This document shows, piece by piece, positions 10,906 through 24,300 of a stretch of DNA of 64,000 nt (within the stretch, counting starts at the first letter, position 1; each line of letters starts with the position of its first letter). The notes beneath the pieces are model-generated. The model worked only from the letters and a program-made list of their open reading frames with translations, was not told the origin of the DNA and did no database searches. Source of the stretch: Ramazzottius varieornatus. Taxonomy: Eukaryota; Animalia; Tardigrada. The translations under genes were made by a program, and so were the position numbers. The DNA lies in NCBI GenBank assembly GCA_001949185.1, contig BDGG01000006.1, positions 1,408,827 to 1,472,826 of the forward strand. Reading direction: 5' to 3'.

Positions 10906-13388
10906 GAGAGACCGTACTGCTCATCGGGGTGAATAATTCGTGACAGAAGACTGAAGTTGCGGCTCTGACCAGGCTCGGGCGGTCACGGTTGTCTGTACAT
11001 GCAGCGGACCGAACAAGGTATTTCCCAGATTGAGAGCAGTCTAGTAGATTGGCGTAACGTTAAATACCGGCAGGTGGAAGTGGAATTGCGAGACCAACAA
11101 TTGGGAAACTGTATGCCGAACCAAAAAATGGCAGCGCAGGAACGGCTTCTTGAATTCAAACGAACACTGGATAAAATACAGAACGGAAGGAGAAGACCGT
11201 TTCCTGTCTACTTCATGTTCTTGAGGACAAAAGGCAGCTTAGATAGCGGATCATATGACACTGTACTCGGTTCGTTGCGGTAAATCACGCCATTATTCGC
11301 AGCCGCATTATTTTCGGATCAACCCGCAGTCTGAAAAGGCTTTATAGGACGGCGAAGTTTGTGATCATGCTAATCCAAGAGCAAATAGTACGAAAAACTA
11401 ATTTCATTTCGTCTTCTTATCCAGTTCAAATAAAGTAAATTGTCCGGACGACCTTGCGTGCTAATTTTTGTCGCTGTTTTACTGCCTCCGCTCTTGCGTT
11501 GCGTGTCATACTCTGACTCTTTTACGGACACCTGAAGAAGTTGGGAGTGATTTCTCAAGACTCGAATGTCTGAACTGCAACCAGATCTGAATAATCACAA
11601 GACACAGACGTCTGGTTCCGCTAAAGTACGAAAGAACAAAATCGGCGGTTTAGTGGTTGTTTCTCTTCTGATTCAGACAGTTGAGTGGAGGAGGGTAGAT
11701 GCATGATACGGGTATCAGGCTGCCTTCACACAAAGAGTCTGGAGTGAGCTCAAGACCTGTGTTGCAGTATAAAGAGATAATTAATCTCGAGGATATATAA
11801 ACTGGATCGTTGTGGTCTGGCCAACCGATGCAGCCGACGAAACCTTGTACTTTAGATGTTTTTAGCGTGCTTTCTCAGGTGCGAGGTGCCGGCCACAGCT
11901 GTTACGTTCTTGTCAGTGAAGCAAACACGTAAGCCCCTTTTTTACAGTTGTACCACGGTGGTAGTGTCGAGGTTCTTGCATCTGCACGTTCATCTCACGT
12001 CCATCTGGTGTTCACCCATTTTCTTCGGCCGTGGTCGTCGACTCAAAGTGGACAAACTAGTGAATCGAAGCCAAGGTTGGATACGGCCTTCTTTTAATTC
12101 TCGTTTCGGTGAAGAATTTGATGCAACGGTTCACTGGGTCTTACACTCGTTCTTGTGACAGACATATCCGCGTTATTGGCTGTCGGATCACTGGGAGTGG
12201 CGTACTTGCTTCCAACCGGTATTTTCATTGTCTTGACTGGATTACGTCACCGCGCACCCGGTACGAAAATCCGCAAGGCACATGTACACTTACATGAAAT
12301 TTCACATTACAATCTGAAATCAAGCGGAAATTAGGGGTATGCTGTATACGTTCCCGAACTTCTTTGATTTCAAAAACTGCGTTCTGACGCCTAGAGGTAT
12401 TTCCGATAGCGTGACACAGATTTGATGGTGCCGCTTTCGTAGGACAGAACTATGGACCAGTGTATAACAAAAGAAGAGACGTCGAAAACGTTTGCTCTGT
12501 CGTCCAGACCAAGCTGACATTTCCCACAGCGAACTAAGGCTGCTTTCCCAATATTGTCAAGCAAACGGCACCTGTGGATCGAAAAGACGTATGTTCGGAG
12601 TGGTACGGCGAAACGCGCCGCTTTCGCTGCGGTTTTGGCTGTGAGGACGTGCATCTTACAGGTCCAAGTGCTATGGTATGAATTTCGAGCCGGTTTCCCG
12701 ACCAGCAAAATTTTTACGCGCATCTCTTCAACTCTTTGGTTTACGATGGCTCAGTCTACCTACCAGGAGCATAAACGCCCGCGGTTCATTACACCATGGA
12801 TTATCGCTGTATTACGTTGTCTGGAAGCACCGGCCATCCCGCTGCCTACCGATCGAGCGGAGATTACGGACAGCAGTCGCAAGTCAACAGTAATTACGGG
12901 TTCCTGGACGCTCTTGGTGGATTCGCCGGAAACTATTCCACTAACACATTCAGTCCAGCTTTGGAGAATTTTCAGCCGAGTGAGTAAATTTCAGGCTTAA
13001 GAATGCACGGGGAGAGATATTTTGTGTACCACTCTTTCTTCCAAAACGAATCGGTCAGTCCTACTGAAAACAACCTCTTGAACAAAGCACTTGCTTGGCT
13101 CGATCCCGAATTCCCCACAGGGAACGAGATTCAGCGATCACGTGAACGGCAACATACACCCATGCATAAAACAGACCAAACCATGAACAAAAGTCTTATT
13201 GTCTCGAGTTAGGCTCTTGATGAAGCCTGAAGTTACCCCAGCCTGCTTGGGGTAAAATTGGGCCGCCGATACTCAAATATTCGGCTGTACGAAGAGCGAG
13301 GTCTTACTTCGCACAATATAAACATTTGTTCACCTACGTTATGGGTAGGTCACAGGGCCTAAGAAGCTTGCGCATTGTTCTTGACGTA

Positions 13389-13556
13389 CAGTGTATGACA
13401 AAATTAACCGTTAAAAATGGGCGTAATACTGCGGCTGGAGATTATTTACGACTCGGTTAATGAGAATTATATCTTGCTGCATGCGCAAATTTCATTGGTT
13501 TCAACCATCCGGTTCCATCGAACACCCACTTTTACGGTTTATTTTGTCGCACATTG
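13389..13556. mobile_element. Tc1/mariner-type MITE with TA target duplication
   Basis: TA-CAGTGTATGACAAAATTAACCGTTAAAA ... TTTACGGTTTATTTTGTCGCACATTG-TA (imperfect ~27-bp TIRs, TA on both flanks). Confidence 0.7.
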
Positions 13557-14959
13557 TATGGTGAGAAAAATTTTACGCTGAGCAAAGTAAAACCTTGCTT
13601 CTCCTACCTGTTAGGTGCGGAATTATGACTTGCAACTTTCTGGAGGAAAGTCTTCACCAAATTTCCTGACTTCGGATCTCAGACTTTTTGAACCAATTAA
13701 TGTCTGACCCAGTGAGGTACTTTTGCCATTTTATCTGCAGTGAATCCATGCTGATACTGTAGGAACATAAGAGAAGAGGAAAACTGAACTCTTAGAAGCC
13801 AGTTTTGACAGCCCCTTCCGAAAAAGTTTCTCTCTCGCTGGAGATGCTCTAATTTCTGAGAATGTTGATAATCTGTTAGTGCTCGGTCCCGACTACAAGG
13901 ACTGCGAAAGGGAGTTCGCGGTTCCACCTCTGCAGTTTTCCGAGAGTGTTTTGTGCAGTCAGCACTTTGGCGCTGCCTTGCAACAGTAGTGGCTTCGCTA
14001 CACTAAATTATTTCGGTTGTTGCACGGCAAGCTTTTCCATCTACTCTTCCGTTTCCAGAGAGGTTCGGTCTGGCACTATCGCTTTGCTGAGTAGTCGAAA
14101 TTCATAGCGGTCTGGACCGCAAGATGGCCACCAGAAAGTCACCATAGTCCTCTTTTGGTGTCGCTGACGATTCAAAATCTTCGGTGGCGCTTTCGCTCTG
14201 TCTCAGCAGTCCGATTCTTGCTTAACAACATCCTGTGAAGTCTGTCCCTATCTGCAGTGGTTCTGTGGTCTGAAGTCGGCACGTTTCTGGTCGTGATAAG
14301 GGACGAAAAGGCGCAACTCTGCATTTTTCCAGAGGTGCGCAAGATAAACGGGGTACAGACTCCCCTAATTTCTTGTCTTCCCTTTTTTTTTGCGAATGCC
14401 CGGTGATAGTTTAGACAGATACCCCAAAGTCTCGTAGCAGTTTTACGATAATTTGGGAAGGATCGATTTCGGCCAGCTTTTTCGGCAGGCTGTTTTTCAC
14501 TTTCAGTTTCCGTCTTCGGAAGGGATATCTTTCGAGTAAAACGTCTCCAGAAAGGAAACAATGTATCTAACCTCCCACGTATTCGCCGCTAGTGTATTCA
14601 TTCCTACGTACTACACCGGTACATTTTTTTTGTGTGCGAAGCATGGTAAACGAAAAAGACTGGGATTCCCAAATGACTCGAAATTCTCCCCGACCCTAAA
14701 AAAATTGATTATATGCTTCACCAGCTAACTACAGAACATGTAATGCTTGACCATTAGTAGATAGAGAAGAGTCTGTCAAGTGACCGGAAAGAAGTTCCCA
14801 GACAGTCTGACAAGGGAGAGCAAAAACACAAAATTTTGAAGTTGACGGTTTCCAAAAGTTGAAAGTCATACTTCGGCACCTGATATTTCTTCAACCGAGA
14901 CAAATTATCAACTCAGCACAAAAGAGGAACGGAACTTGAATGACAACCAGCGCACTCGT

Positions 14960-15430
14960 TCAGGCTAAGGATACGCATTCCGTTTTCCGCTGCGTTCCCA
15001 ATTCCGCCTGGAAAATAGAAATTCCGTTCCTTTCCGGCTGATCCCGATTTGGATCACTGGAATTCCAAATCGGAGTGCAAGCCTCAGACCGGAATTGTGC
15101 TCATCGAAAGTCGGTTTTGGTCCGGCCAAAGTCCGCAGTGAAATTACCAGTTTTCGCGACGATCGGCGCAGTTCCACGCACTGTTTGGGAGCTCGGCAAA
15201 CGAACTCGGCGGTAGGGCGCAGATTTTAGATGTGACTGGCTGATAGCATGCGCCACTTGGGAACCATTCTGTTGAGCTTGTCGGCCGGGACCAAGCCGAG
15301 CTTCCGACTCGTTTTTCGCCTCCTGTACTGCAGTTTTGGAATTCCGATCTTTGATCTGACAGTTTTGGAAAACGGAAATAGGAACGGAACGGAATTCGGA
15401 ATTCTGCTTCGAATCCGTTCCAGGGAGAAG
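14960..15430. repeat. Degenerate foldback repeat with TTCCG-rich left half and CGGAA-rich right half
   Basis: Many ATTCCG/TTCCG motifs at 14976-15070 are mirrored by CGGAA/GGAAC motifs at 15335-15420. Confidence 0.45.
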
Positions 15431-15880
15431 GTCAGGCGGAATGTGTATCCTTAGTTGAGGCCGCCAACCGAAAGCAGTTTGCTGCACGTCACTAGTTTCG
15501 TTGGGTCTTTGTGTTACCATCTATGTAGTGTGATGTCTACTGGGAATTTTGCAACTTCGCCTGTGCGCACATCTAATTCGTAGTCAGATCGTTTCAGCGG
15601 CACATGTCAAACCAAAAGCCAAGCAAGGGAACAACAAGGAATCCTTTCGACCGAAGACCTTTGGAAGGCGGAAGGCTGCTTGTGTTGCTTCATCCGGAAC
15701 CTGACAGCGCACTGCTCAGATCAAAACCAATGAGGCTGCGTGGAAAGAGTATTCGCCTCGCTTCACCGCTTGTCGAGCTGTGGGGCGATCTTGTCCGGTT
15801 TGATCCGGTTCGTTATCCATTACCATCAATTTTTTGAAATCATCCTAGAACGTCTAATACTGCACTAACATTCCACTGGA

Positions 15881-16536
15881 TCACAAGAGATTCCCCAGTG
15901 CTCCGGAAAGCAGGAATAACGCTGAGAGAAACAACAAGCAGATCAACGAGATCCAGTCTAAGCTACTCCACTCGTCCACATCGTTGTCGGAATATCCGCC
16001 ACCCGAAAGAAAGAATACCCACGCGCATACCAGCGCAAAGCCCGACAAGCCCGCCATGGAATGAGCATAGGCTGGATGCCTGGCTACTTCATCCCGTCTC
16101 CCTTCCTCTTCCGCCGTCACGTTCCTGCTGATGAAGACTTGAATAACGGTATCGCGTGAAACGGCATGGTCGGCCAGCTTCGAACTCGGTGGTTGCAGTG
16201 GACGACCCATGTGGAACAACTGACCACGTGAACCTGGAAGACAGTTAGAGTAACATAATATTTCAGTGGGACGAAAAATACCTAGAAAAACGTCAGAATG
16301 TGAACATGGCTATGGTATGTTTTTGTGGCATCTTGACATTTTACTACACAACTTTGGGGCAAATCCGTTTTTCAGTCCTTTAGATTGTTCGTGTTTTGCT
16401 TTCATTTCTTACCTGGAGGGATATGTGGAGAAACGTGGTGGTCATGGAGGGAGACGATGGTGGTGGCAGGAGAGACGGATACTTCTTCGGAACGACCATT
16501 GGGAAACTGGAGCCGGATGGTAAAGAAATCTGTCAT
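15881..16536 (-). CDS. Ubiquitin-like domain + two C-terminal TM helices (TMUB-like), complement(join(15881..16233,16413..16536)), 158 aa
   Basis: Spliced product MTDFFTIRLQFPNGRSEEVSVSPATTIVSLHDHHVSPHIPP|GSRGQLFHMGRPLQPPSSKLADHAVSRDTVIQVFIS fits a beta-grasp Ubl pattern, followed by GLSGFALVCAWVFFL and WISLICLLFLSALFLL. Canonical GTAAG donor and TTCCAG acceptor, phase 1; 477 nt in frame. Confidence 0.7.
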
Positions 16537-18365
16537 CTTCGTAGCATTCGGCCCAGGTGGGTTCGTTGATTATTGATTCTCTATGGAAGATTAAGCAAAG
16601 CGGGTAGCAATAAGATCGATAAGGATTTATCATCTCATGTTGTTGCAGGGTTTAAGGTACAAAGGAGCTGCTCGTACGCTCTCAAGCCGATATCACGGCG
16701 ATGGAAGGGCAATCGAAGGTGGAAGAATGGACAGGACGTGGACGAGAAAACGGGAATTTGAGAATTGAGAACGAGGTGAACAGCTGATCTTGAGGGACGA
16801 GTGCGGCGATGCGATGCTACCCTCTGTTTTACGCTTCAGCTGCGTGATTGCGCTTCGGCTGCACAGCTATTGCTGTACTGAGTTGCAATCGCACTACCGT
16901 ACAAGGACACAGCCATACAAACGTAACTACTGTGTCCGTCCATTGTAATTTCCGCGTTTTCCCACTCGTTTAGCGTTTTTCGAAATTTGACGGCTCCAAC
17001 CTTACGAACACTGCCCTGATTATTGTGCAGGCGGTACAGCCAGAGTTCTGTTTCCTGTTGAGCGTTACAGTTTAGTCGAGGAATGTTTTTCTCACGAGAC
17101 GAAGCCGCAAAACCCCAGTGCCTGATAGCAATGGAAAGTGGAAAATGTAAACTACTGTACCACATCTTGAACGTTTGCCGGGACGTGAATGTGGACGAGA
17201 ATACGGTATGATCGGTTTGGGTGTGGTCAGAGCCCGTTGTAAAGTGTGACAGGATCTTTGGAAGGTACAAGATGAGAACTGGTCCAGAAGCTGATCGAAA
17301 GTCCATCTGGATAAGGGTGATTTGCACAATGACAAGGGCTAGCGTGAGAACGGAAGTCGTGGCGCAAGATACCGTGCCGGTTAGGCACTATAGGCGCTTG
17401 TTTTACAAATAACAGCTTTAGCTAGATCGTTGTCACCTAATCAAACCACCGCCATCTTCTGTCTGAATTAATACGGAAGAAACGTCGCCTTCGAGCAAAT
17501 TGCAGCGGGCTTCCATCGAAGCCCGATGACCACTCCCAACCTCCCACTATTTTCTGAATGAGCTCACGAACAGAAGAAGCTTCTTTAAATATGGGTAGAT
17601 ACTCATCTGCGAGCAAGAAAGGGTGACTCGCATGAGAAGTTTTCCCGACGGAAACTCCACGGTGTAGGCGGCCCATATTTTTCAGTACGGGGTCGTGAGC
17701 GACGAACGCAAAGTATACGCCTAGAATTTTCCCATACGAAGGCTCAAAACGTCCAATCGTACGTCAAAGAAGCGGCAGTAGAAAGTACTAGAAAATTTCC
17801 GGTTCGGCATTTCAGCAGTTTCGGTTTCTTATCCGACACGTGGTTATTTGTTTACCGGACATTTCGGCTTTTTGTCCGATTTGACTTGCTTTGACCATCC
17901 AGCGTGCCCCGATGTTACCAAGAGTTTCCTGGAATAAAGTTTGTTTCGTATGATGGTCCGGGATTAATCGTGGAGTAACTGGAGACAACAGGAAACCGCG
18001 TACCTGGGGAGGTAGCTTCAGTCTGCCAGTGCCCCGTTTTGGGAGAGGATCACCCTCACATCAGTGCTATTGTATAGCCTGAACAATGCAGCTTTCTTGC
18101 ATATCTCTGTAAGTGTGCTGTAATGCACAGCGGTGCGCCGGTGTCAAGTTTTGATGCCTTGCTGATTAAACTGCCCTGAAAGACGTAGACGAGGGCGCGA
18201 AGAACAGATTAGTAGATTACTTTCAGCGTGGGGGAAAACACGTTGTCCAATGTCTGCTATTCACTGAGCGGGAAAATGTAACTCTCACCAGTGTTACCCG
18301 ATACCTTCATCCAAAGAAATTCTTGTGGCACCTAATTTTGTGAATATTACCTCCACAACTACACG

Positions 18366-21300
18366 ATGGATGACTGGAGCTGTATTTTTTGTCGTAGACA
18401 CATACTATCGTCTCTATTATTTTGCGGATTTTTTGGATATTCATCAGCCAGCTTACTGGTAAGTGAAAGTTGCTCTATGGATGTTCAGTTTGGTATCGAA
18501 AGCGGAGGAATGAGAACCGCTGGATTTTCTTTACAGCAAAATGTAAGGATACGGAAGGCCGAACCAGCGGACATCCCTTTTTACCTGGACCCGGTGGGAA
18601 TCGACAGCGGACTGTGGAGTGAATGGGGATCGCGCAGTCAGTGTTCCAAGCTGTGCGGTGGTGGCGTTTCCCATGAGCAACGAACGTGTCTAAGGTACGC
18701 CCGGGTCAGATCAGTCCGAAGTCCAGGCCGCTACTTTCCCTGGAATTACTTCGAGTGTCGTGATAACCGCTTTTCTTCGAAACTTCGCGGTATGGTATTT
18801 TGAGTATCCAAATATTTTACAGTGGGTCAATGGGATGTACGGGACCCAGGAGGAGATATTTTGCTTGCAACACACTCGACTGTCCAGAGGGCAGCACCGA
18901 TTTCCGGGAAGAACAATGCTCCAAGTTCGACGATAAACCGTATCAAGGACAGCTGTACAAATGGATGCCCCATAAAAATGGTATGCGAAAATTACAGCTG
19001 CTTACTCAAACGAAGTAGATAAGACTATAGTTTTGCGGAGTGTTTGAGATATGGGAGCTTTTCAAACTTATCTGATTTCAATTATGGCAGTTTTAGTCAA
19101 CGTGCACAGCGTCTGTCAACGATAGAAATTTTCAACGATCGCACGTACTTCTTCATTCACTTCAGTGGGATATTGAAGTTTCATTTTATGATTGGGATTC
19201 GACTTCAGCGTTTGCTCTTGGTCATTTTAACCTGTGCTTTCAGGCGGAAATAAATGTGAGCTGCTATGCCGACCTGTGAACGGAAGTTTCTACGTGAGCT
19301 TTGCCCCGCAGGTTATCGATGGAACAGCCTGCAACGAGGAAGGTACTTCCGTGTGCATCAGGCGAAAATGTGTGGTGAGTCCCGAATGTTCTCCGATAGA
19401 GTACACGCACCAAGAGAAAGTCTGAACCAAGCGAAAACGACGGCGACGTAAAACTCAACCGTAGAAAATTGTCGAGAACTGGTTGAAACTGAATGTGCTT
19501 TCCCTTTCAAACAGTTCTTTTCGCTTAGCCCAGACTTTTCACTGGTGTAGACTTTCTCTTCGTACGTGCACCAAGCTGCGCCATAGCTTGGCTTTTTACT
19601 TACGAAAAGTTGGCAGGAATTGATAAGCTAATATCATCGTAGTCGGTGGGATGCGATAAAAGACTGGGCTCGCATCTACAGGAAGACAAGTGCCGAGTCT
19701 GCGGAGGAGATGGAAACACCTGTAAATTTGTCGAAGGACTGTACGACGAAACGTCAGTTCCACAATCAAGTGAGAAACCAAGAAGTCCGCTTCTCGATGA
19801 TCAAAGATAGATCTTCATTCACTCGATTGTTTCAGCTTATGCTGAGTTTCTGGTCCTTCCCGCCGGTTCCACCAATATTCAGATCCGTGAACGACGTCCC
19901 TCGGATAATTACCTTGCAGTGCGAACTGGGGCTGGCGAGTATATCACCAACGGAGACTTCCGGACTGATAACGGGAAACGAACAGCCGTGATAGCCGGCA
20001 CCACCTTCCACTACCAACGCGAAAGCCGCATGTACCTATCGGCCCAACTTCTCACCGCCAAAGGTCCCACATCAGAACCAATCTTCATCGCGGTATGTTG
20101 GTCATCATTTTATGATCTCTGTCCTTGCGAGTTTTCTTATCGTGCTTTACAGCTGTTACATCAAGAGAAGAACAATGGAATATTGTACGAGTTCTACGCG
20201 CCCAAGATGGCCAAGGATAGCGGAACTTTGACCTTCACATGGCTGGCTCGATCGTACGGACCGTGTAGTAAAAGCTGTGGAGAAGGGTCGCAAACCCGAG
20301 AAGTGGTTTGTGTTCGGACAAGTGACTACGAAGCCGTCGAGGAGCATTTATGCGACATTGCCGCCAAACCTCTTTCCACTCGTCATTGCACCGTAGAAGC
20401 CGTCTGCCCTGCTTCGTAAGTACAATCGCCTTAGCGACTTCCAGATCAGAATTACAGTACCGAGCGACTGCACTTCTCCATAGCATAAATTGATAATGAA
20501 ATTTAGAGACATATCGTAGAAAAAATCCGGAGAAAGGGGCAACTTCAGCTGATTCCTGATGGCTGGAATGAGGGAAAAGTTTCGGTGATGTATTGGCAAA
20601 GTATGACTAAACCATGAATTTTTTGCCAGGTGGAAAGTCGGAGAATGGGAAGTGTGTAGCGCTAACTGTAGTACAGGAACCCAGCACCGCTCCATTGTCT
20701 GTGTACAACAGATGGACGATGGGTTGGCCAACGTTGTGGAGGACAGCTTGTGTGAAAAGGCAGGACCCCGACCGAGCATCGTCCAATTGTGCAACCAGTT
20801 CAACTGCCCTCAATGGACCATAACGCCCTGGTCGTCGGTACGTTACCCCAGCGCCAATATTCTCCCGTTTTATGTTCTTGAAGTGAATGGTATTTAGGTC
20901 TTTTTTCTGTAGTGTTCGGCAACTTGCGGACTGGGTTTCCAACGTCGTTCCGTCTACTGCATGTCTCAAGACCCGACTGCCGTCAAGGGACTACCCGACT
21001 CTGCGTGCAACGCCAAGAAACCCAGCAAGTCCAAGCAGTGCATGCTAGCTCCCTGCGAAGGCCTTGAGTGGGCTGTGTCCGACTGGTCGGGTGTAAGTTT
21101 TCTCTTCTTTCTGACAACGGAATGTATGACGCCCAGCTGATGGAATCGTAGGCGGGAAAGATGGAAATTTTATTTTTTTAATCTGTTTTGCGTTACAGTG
21201 TAACAGCTGTGGACAGACCAGAAAGACACGACGGGCTGTTTGTACTTCACAATATGGCGAGGTAAACATACAATTACGACCACAAAAAGACTGCGTTTGC

Positions 21301-24300
21301 TGTTCGAAAAGTACAATTTTATCTCGATAGGTTTATCCAGTGGCGATGTGCGACGCAGGAAAGAAACCCGCTTTATCGGCCACTTGCGACAACACGCCAC
21401 CTTGTGATGCTCAGTGGTTCGCTACAGAATGGAGCAAGGTAGTTGCTCTCGTCATCGTAGTCGTCATTAGTCATATCATCCATTTTATCAATAGTATGAT
21501 GATTGCATCACTTATTAACGGTTGCCGCTTTCAGTGTTCGACAAGTTGCGGTGATGGGGAAAAGACCCGCGAAGTTTTCTGTGGAACCATGGGTGGCACC
21601 AACACATCGCATATTGTTCGTGTCAGTTCCGACCTGTGCGACGTGGAGAAGAAAATGACCGAGTCCATGGCTTGTACTGAACACCTGGCCTGTGATGCTC
21701 GTTGGTTCACCGGACCTTTTACTGCGGTACATACAAGCCTGAAAACAGCAATAAATATACTGTAATTCACATACACAGCAAACCGTCTTCGTGCAGTTCA
21801 CAAAAATTTACTTTGTTTTTATTCTGAAGTTTTACTTTTGGTATGCAGAGAAAGTAACACCGATGCAACAGAGCCGAAAACTCTACTGAACTAATTGAAG
21901 TCAAATCTAATCTCCTGTCAGATGTAACCCAACAGCTATTATATCTGCAGGAACCGCAGGAATTTAGCCTTTGTTCTACGGTTATTAACACCCACCTGGG
22001 TATCGTACTTTGGAAGTGTATGCGTCGTTACATTACATTCATTCTTTTTCCAGTGCTCATCGCCATGCGGGGGTGGTATCCGTCGCCGGCAAGTCCAGTG
22101 TCTCCGCGACGAGACCGTAGTCCCCTCTTCCGACTGCGACGAAGACCGCAAGCCCCACGACAGCGAAGACTGCAGCAAAGAACCCTGTGATATGGAAGGT
22201 TTCGTCCCCATGAACGGCTTCCATGGCTCGATCCATCCCACAGCCGCTGGTCTGTCCTGCAAAGACTCAGAGTTCGGCTGCTGTCCCGACAAGGAGACCA
22301 TCGCATTGGGTCCTTACGCTGCTGGTTGTAACCTGATGGACGGACCACCAATCCCCAGGAGGAGCAAGAAAGCCCGTCGCGCACTGGATGACGCAATGGC
22401 GGTGGTCGAGACGCCTTTGGTCGACTTGGATAATGCCACGTTGGATAACTCGACGTTGGATGGCAATGATACCATTAACGGAAACGACACAATGAACGGG
22501 AATGACACCTTGGGAGAGAATGACATTTCGGGCACTAATGATACCTTGGCCACGACGATGGCTAGTCTGAGGAATGGAACACTGGACGACGGGAATGCCA
22601 CCATGAGCGGAAATGACACGGTATAGACGGAATAATAATCGCAGAAAAATGACTGACTGACCTTTTTCTTCTCGAGGATAGAAGCAATAGTCAGCCATTC
22701 AATATTTGGCCGCGGGCAGAAGAAATGAACCGGATTGTTATCACAAGTGGCGCACATTTCCATTGTTTTTGTCCACGTGTGTCGCCACTTGAGAAAGCTG
22801 ATCTCGTCCAGTTCGTTTGGCCACGTCCCAATGGACTAACGTTGACGCAATCTTTTATTATCCCTCTTCGACTTCTTGTTTGGTTTTCAGATGGTATCGA
22901 ACGGGACGCTGGTCGAGGTTGACGAGGACGAAGACGACGCATCGAACAACGCCACCATGCCACTCTTCAAGACCCAGCCGTTAGCCAGCGACAATGACAC
23001 CCTGCCCGAGCTGACAGGTGACCACGAGATGGACCTGACTAACGAAACCTGGGATGGCTTTGGCGGCTTCAACGGGACCGACAGCGGCAACGGCACACTG
23101 GACGAAGACCTGGAAGGTTCGTCAGCGGAATGCCAAGCCAGCGAGTTCGGCTGCTGTCCAGATGGCAGAACCTCAGCCAGCGGCCCTGACAATGAGGGCT
23201 GTCCAAAGAAGACGCCCAAACTGCGTACATCGCCGATGGTCCCTATCAAGAAGGAAGAAGGTGCCTGCAAAGACACCGACCATGGTTGCTGTGCGGATGG
23301 TGAGACGGCGGCTCTGGGTCCACAACGGGAAGGATGTCCGGAAACGGACTGCGCCTTGTCCGAACATGGCTGCTGTCCTGACGGGGTAACATTCGCCAAT
23401 GGTCCCAGTTACGAGGAATGCCCACACCTGAAGCCAATGAAACAAAGTAAGGGCTGCGTTGTAGGAACATGTTTAGGGAAAGCTTTGATATTTGTGTGAT
23501 TTTCTTTGCAGCTTGCGAACTGGCGCACGATCAAGGTTCCTGTCGCAACTTCACGGTCAAGTACTACTACGATACCGAGTACGGAGATTGTAACCGCTTC
23601 TGGTATGGTGGATGTGAAGGCAACGATAACAGAGTAAGTCTGAAAAAAATGCATGACTTGAATATTTATGCTACAGTAACTTTCTGTGCTGTAAGCTAAC
23701 GTTACGACGGTACGCTTTGTAAAATGGTGCTGCGAAGGCACGCGCATTCGGCCGATTTTCTACAGTACATCACGATACAGAGCAACTTACAGTACCGTTT
23801 TGTTGCAGTTCGAGCAAGAGCATGAATGCCAATATAACTGCGTGTCTCCACGAGCAACGGAAGTCTGCGCGTTACCCAAAGTTCGCGGACCTTGCGACCA
23901 GAATCTGCGCATGTGGTACTACGACAAGTACGTCAGAGAGTGCCTCCCTTTCCATTATGGCGGCTGCTTGGGTAATGACAACCGTTTTGAGAATCGAGAA
24001 GACTGCAACCAACGCTGCGTCGAAACCCAGATTTCTGGTACGTCCTACTAACCATTAAATTCTATTCCGATGGAAGCCGTACATTTTATCGCTGTTTTAT
24101 TCCCAGACATTTGCCAGCAACCGGTCCGACAAGGAAGGGGACCGGGCCAAATTCCCAGATGGCACTTTGACCAAGCTTCGGGTCGCTGCCAGCAGTTCCT
24201 TTACAGCGGCGCTGGTGGTAACGGCAACCGGTAAGCAATTAATTATTTTCAGCTTTCGAAAATTTTGCTACTGTACGACCCGAAATTTTGAAGATCAAAG

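Noticed and set aside
16660-17700. Upstream coding exons for the TMUB-like gene
   Set aside because: Could not be joined in frame because of the TAA upstream of ATG 16536; probably UTR or non-coding.
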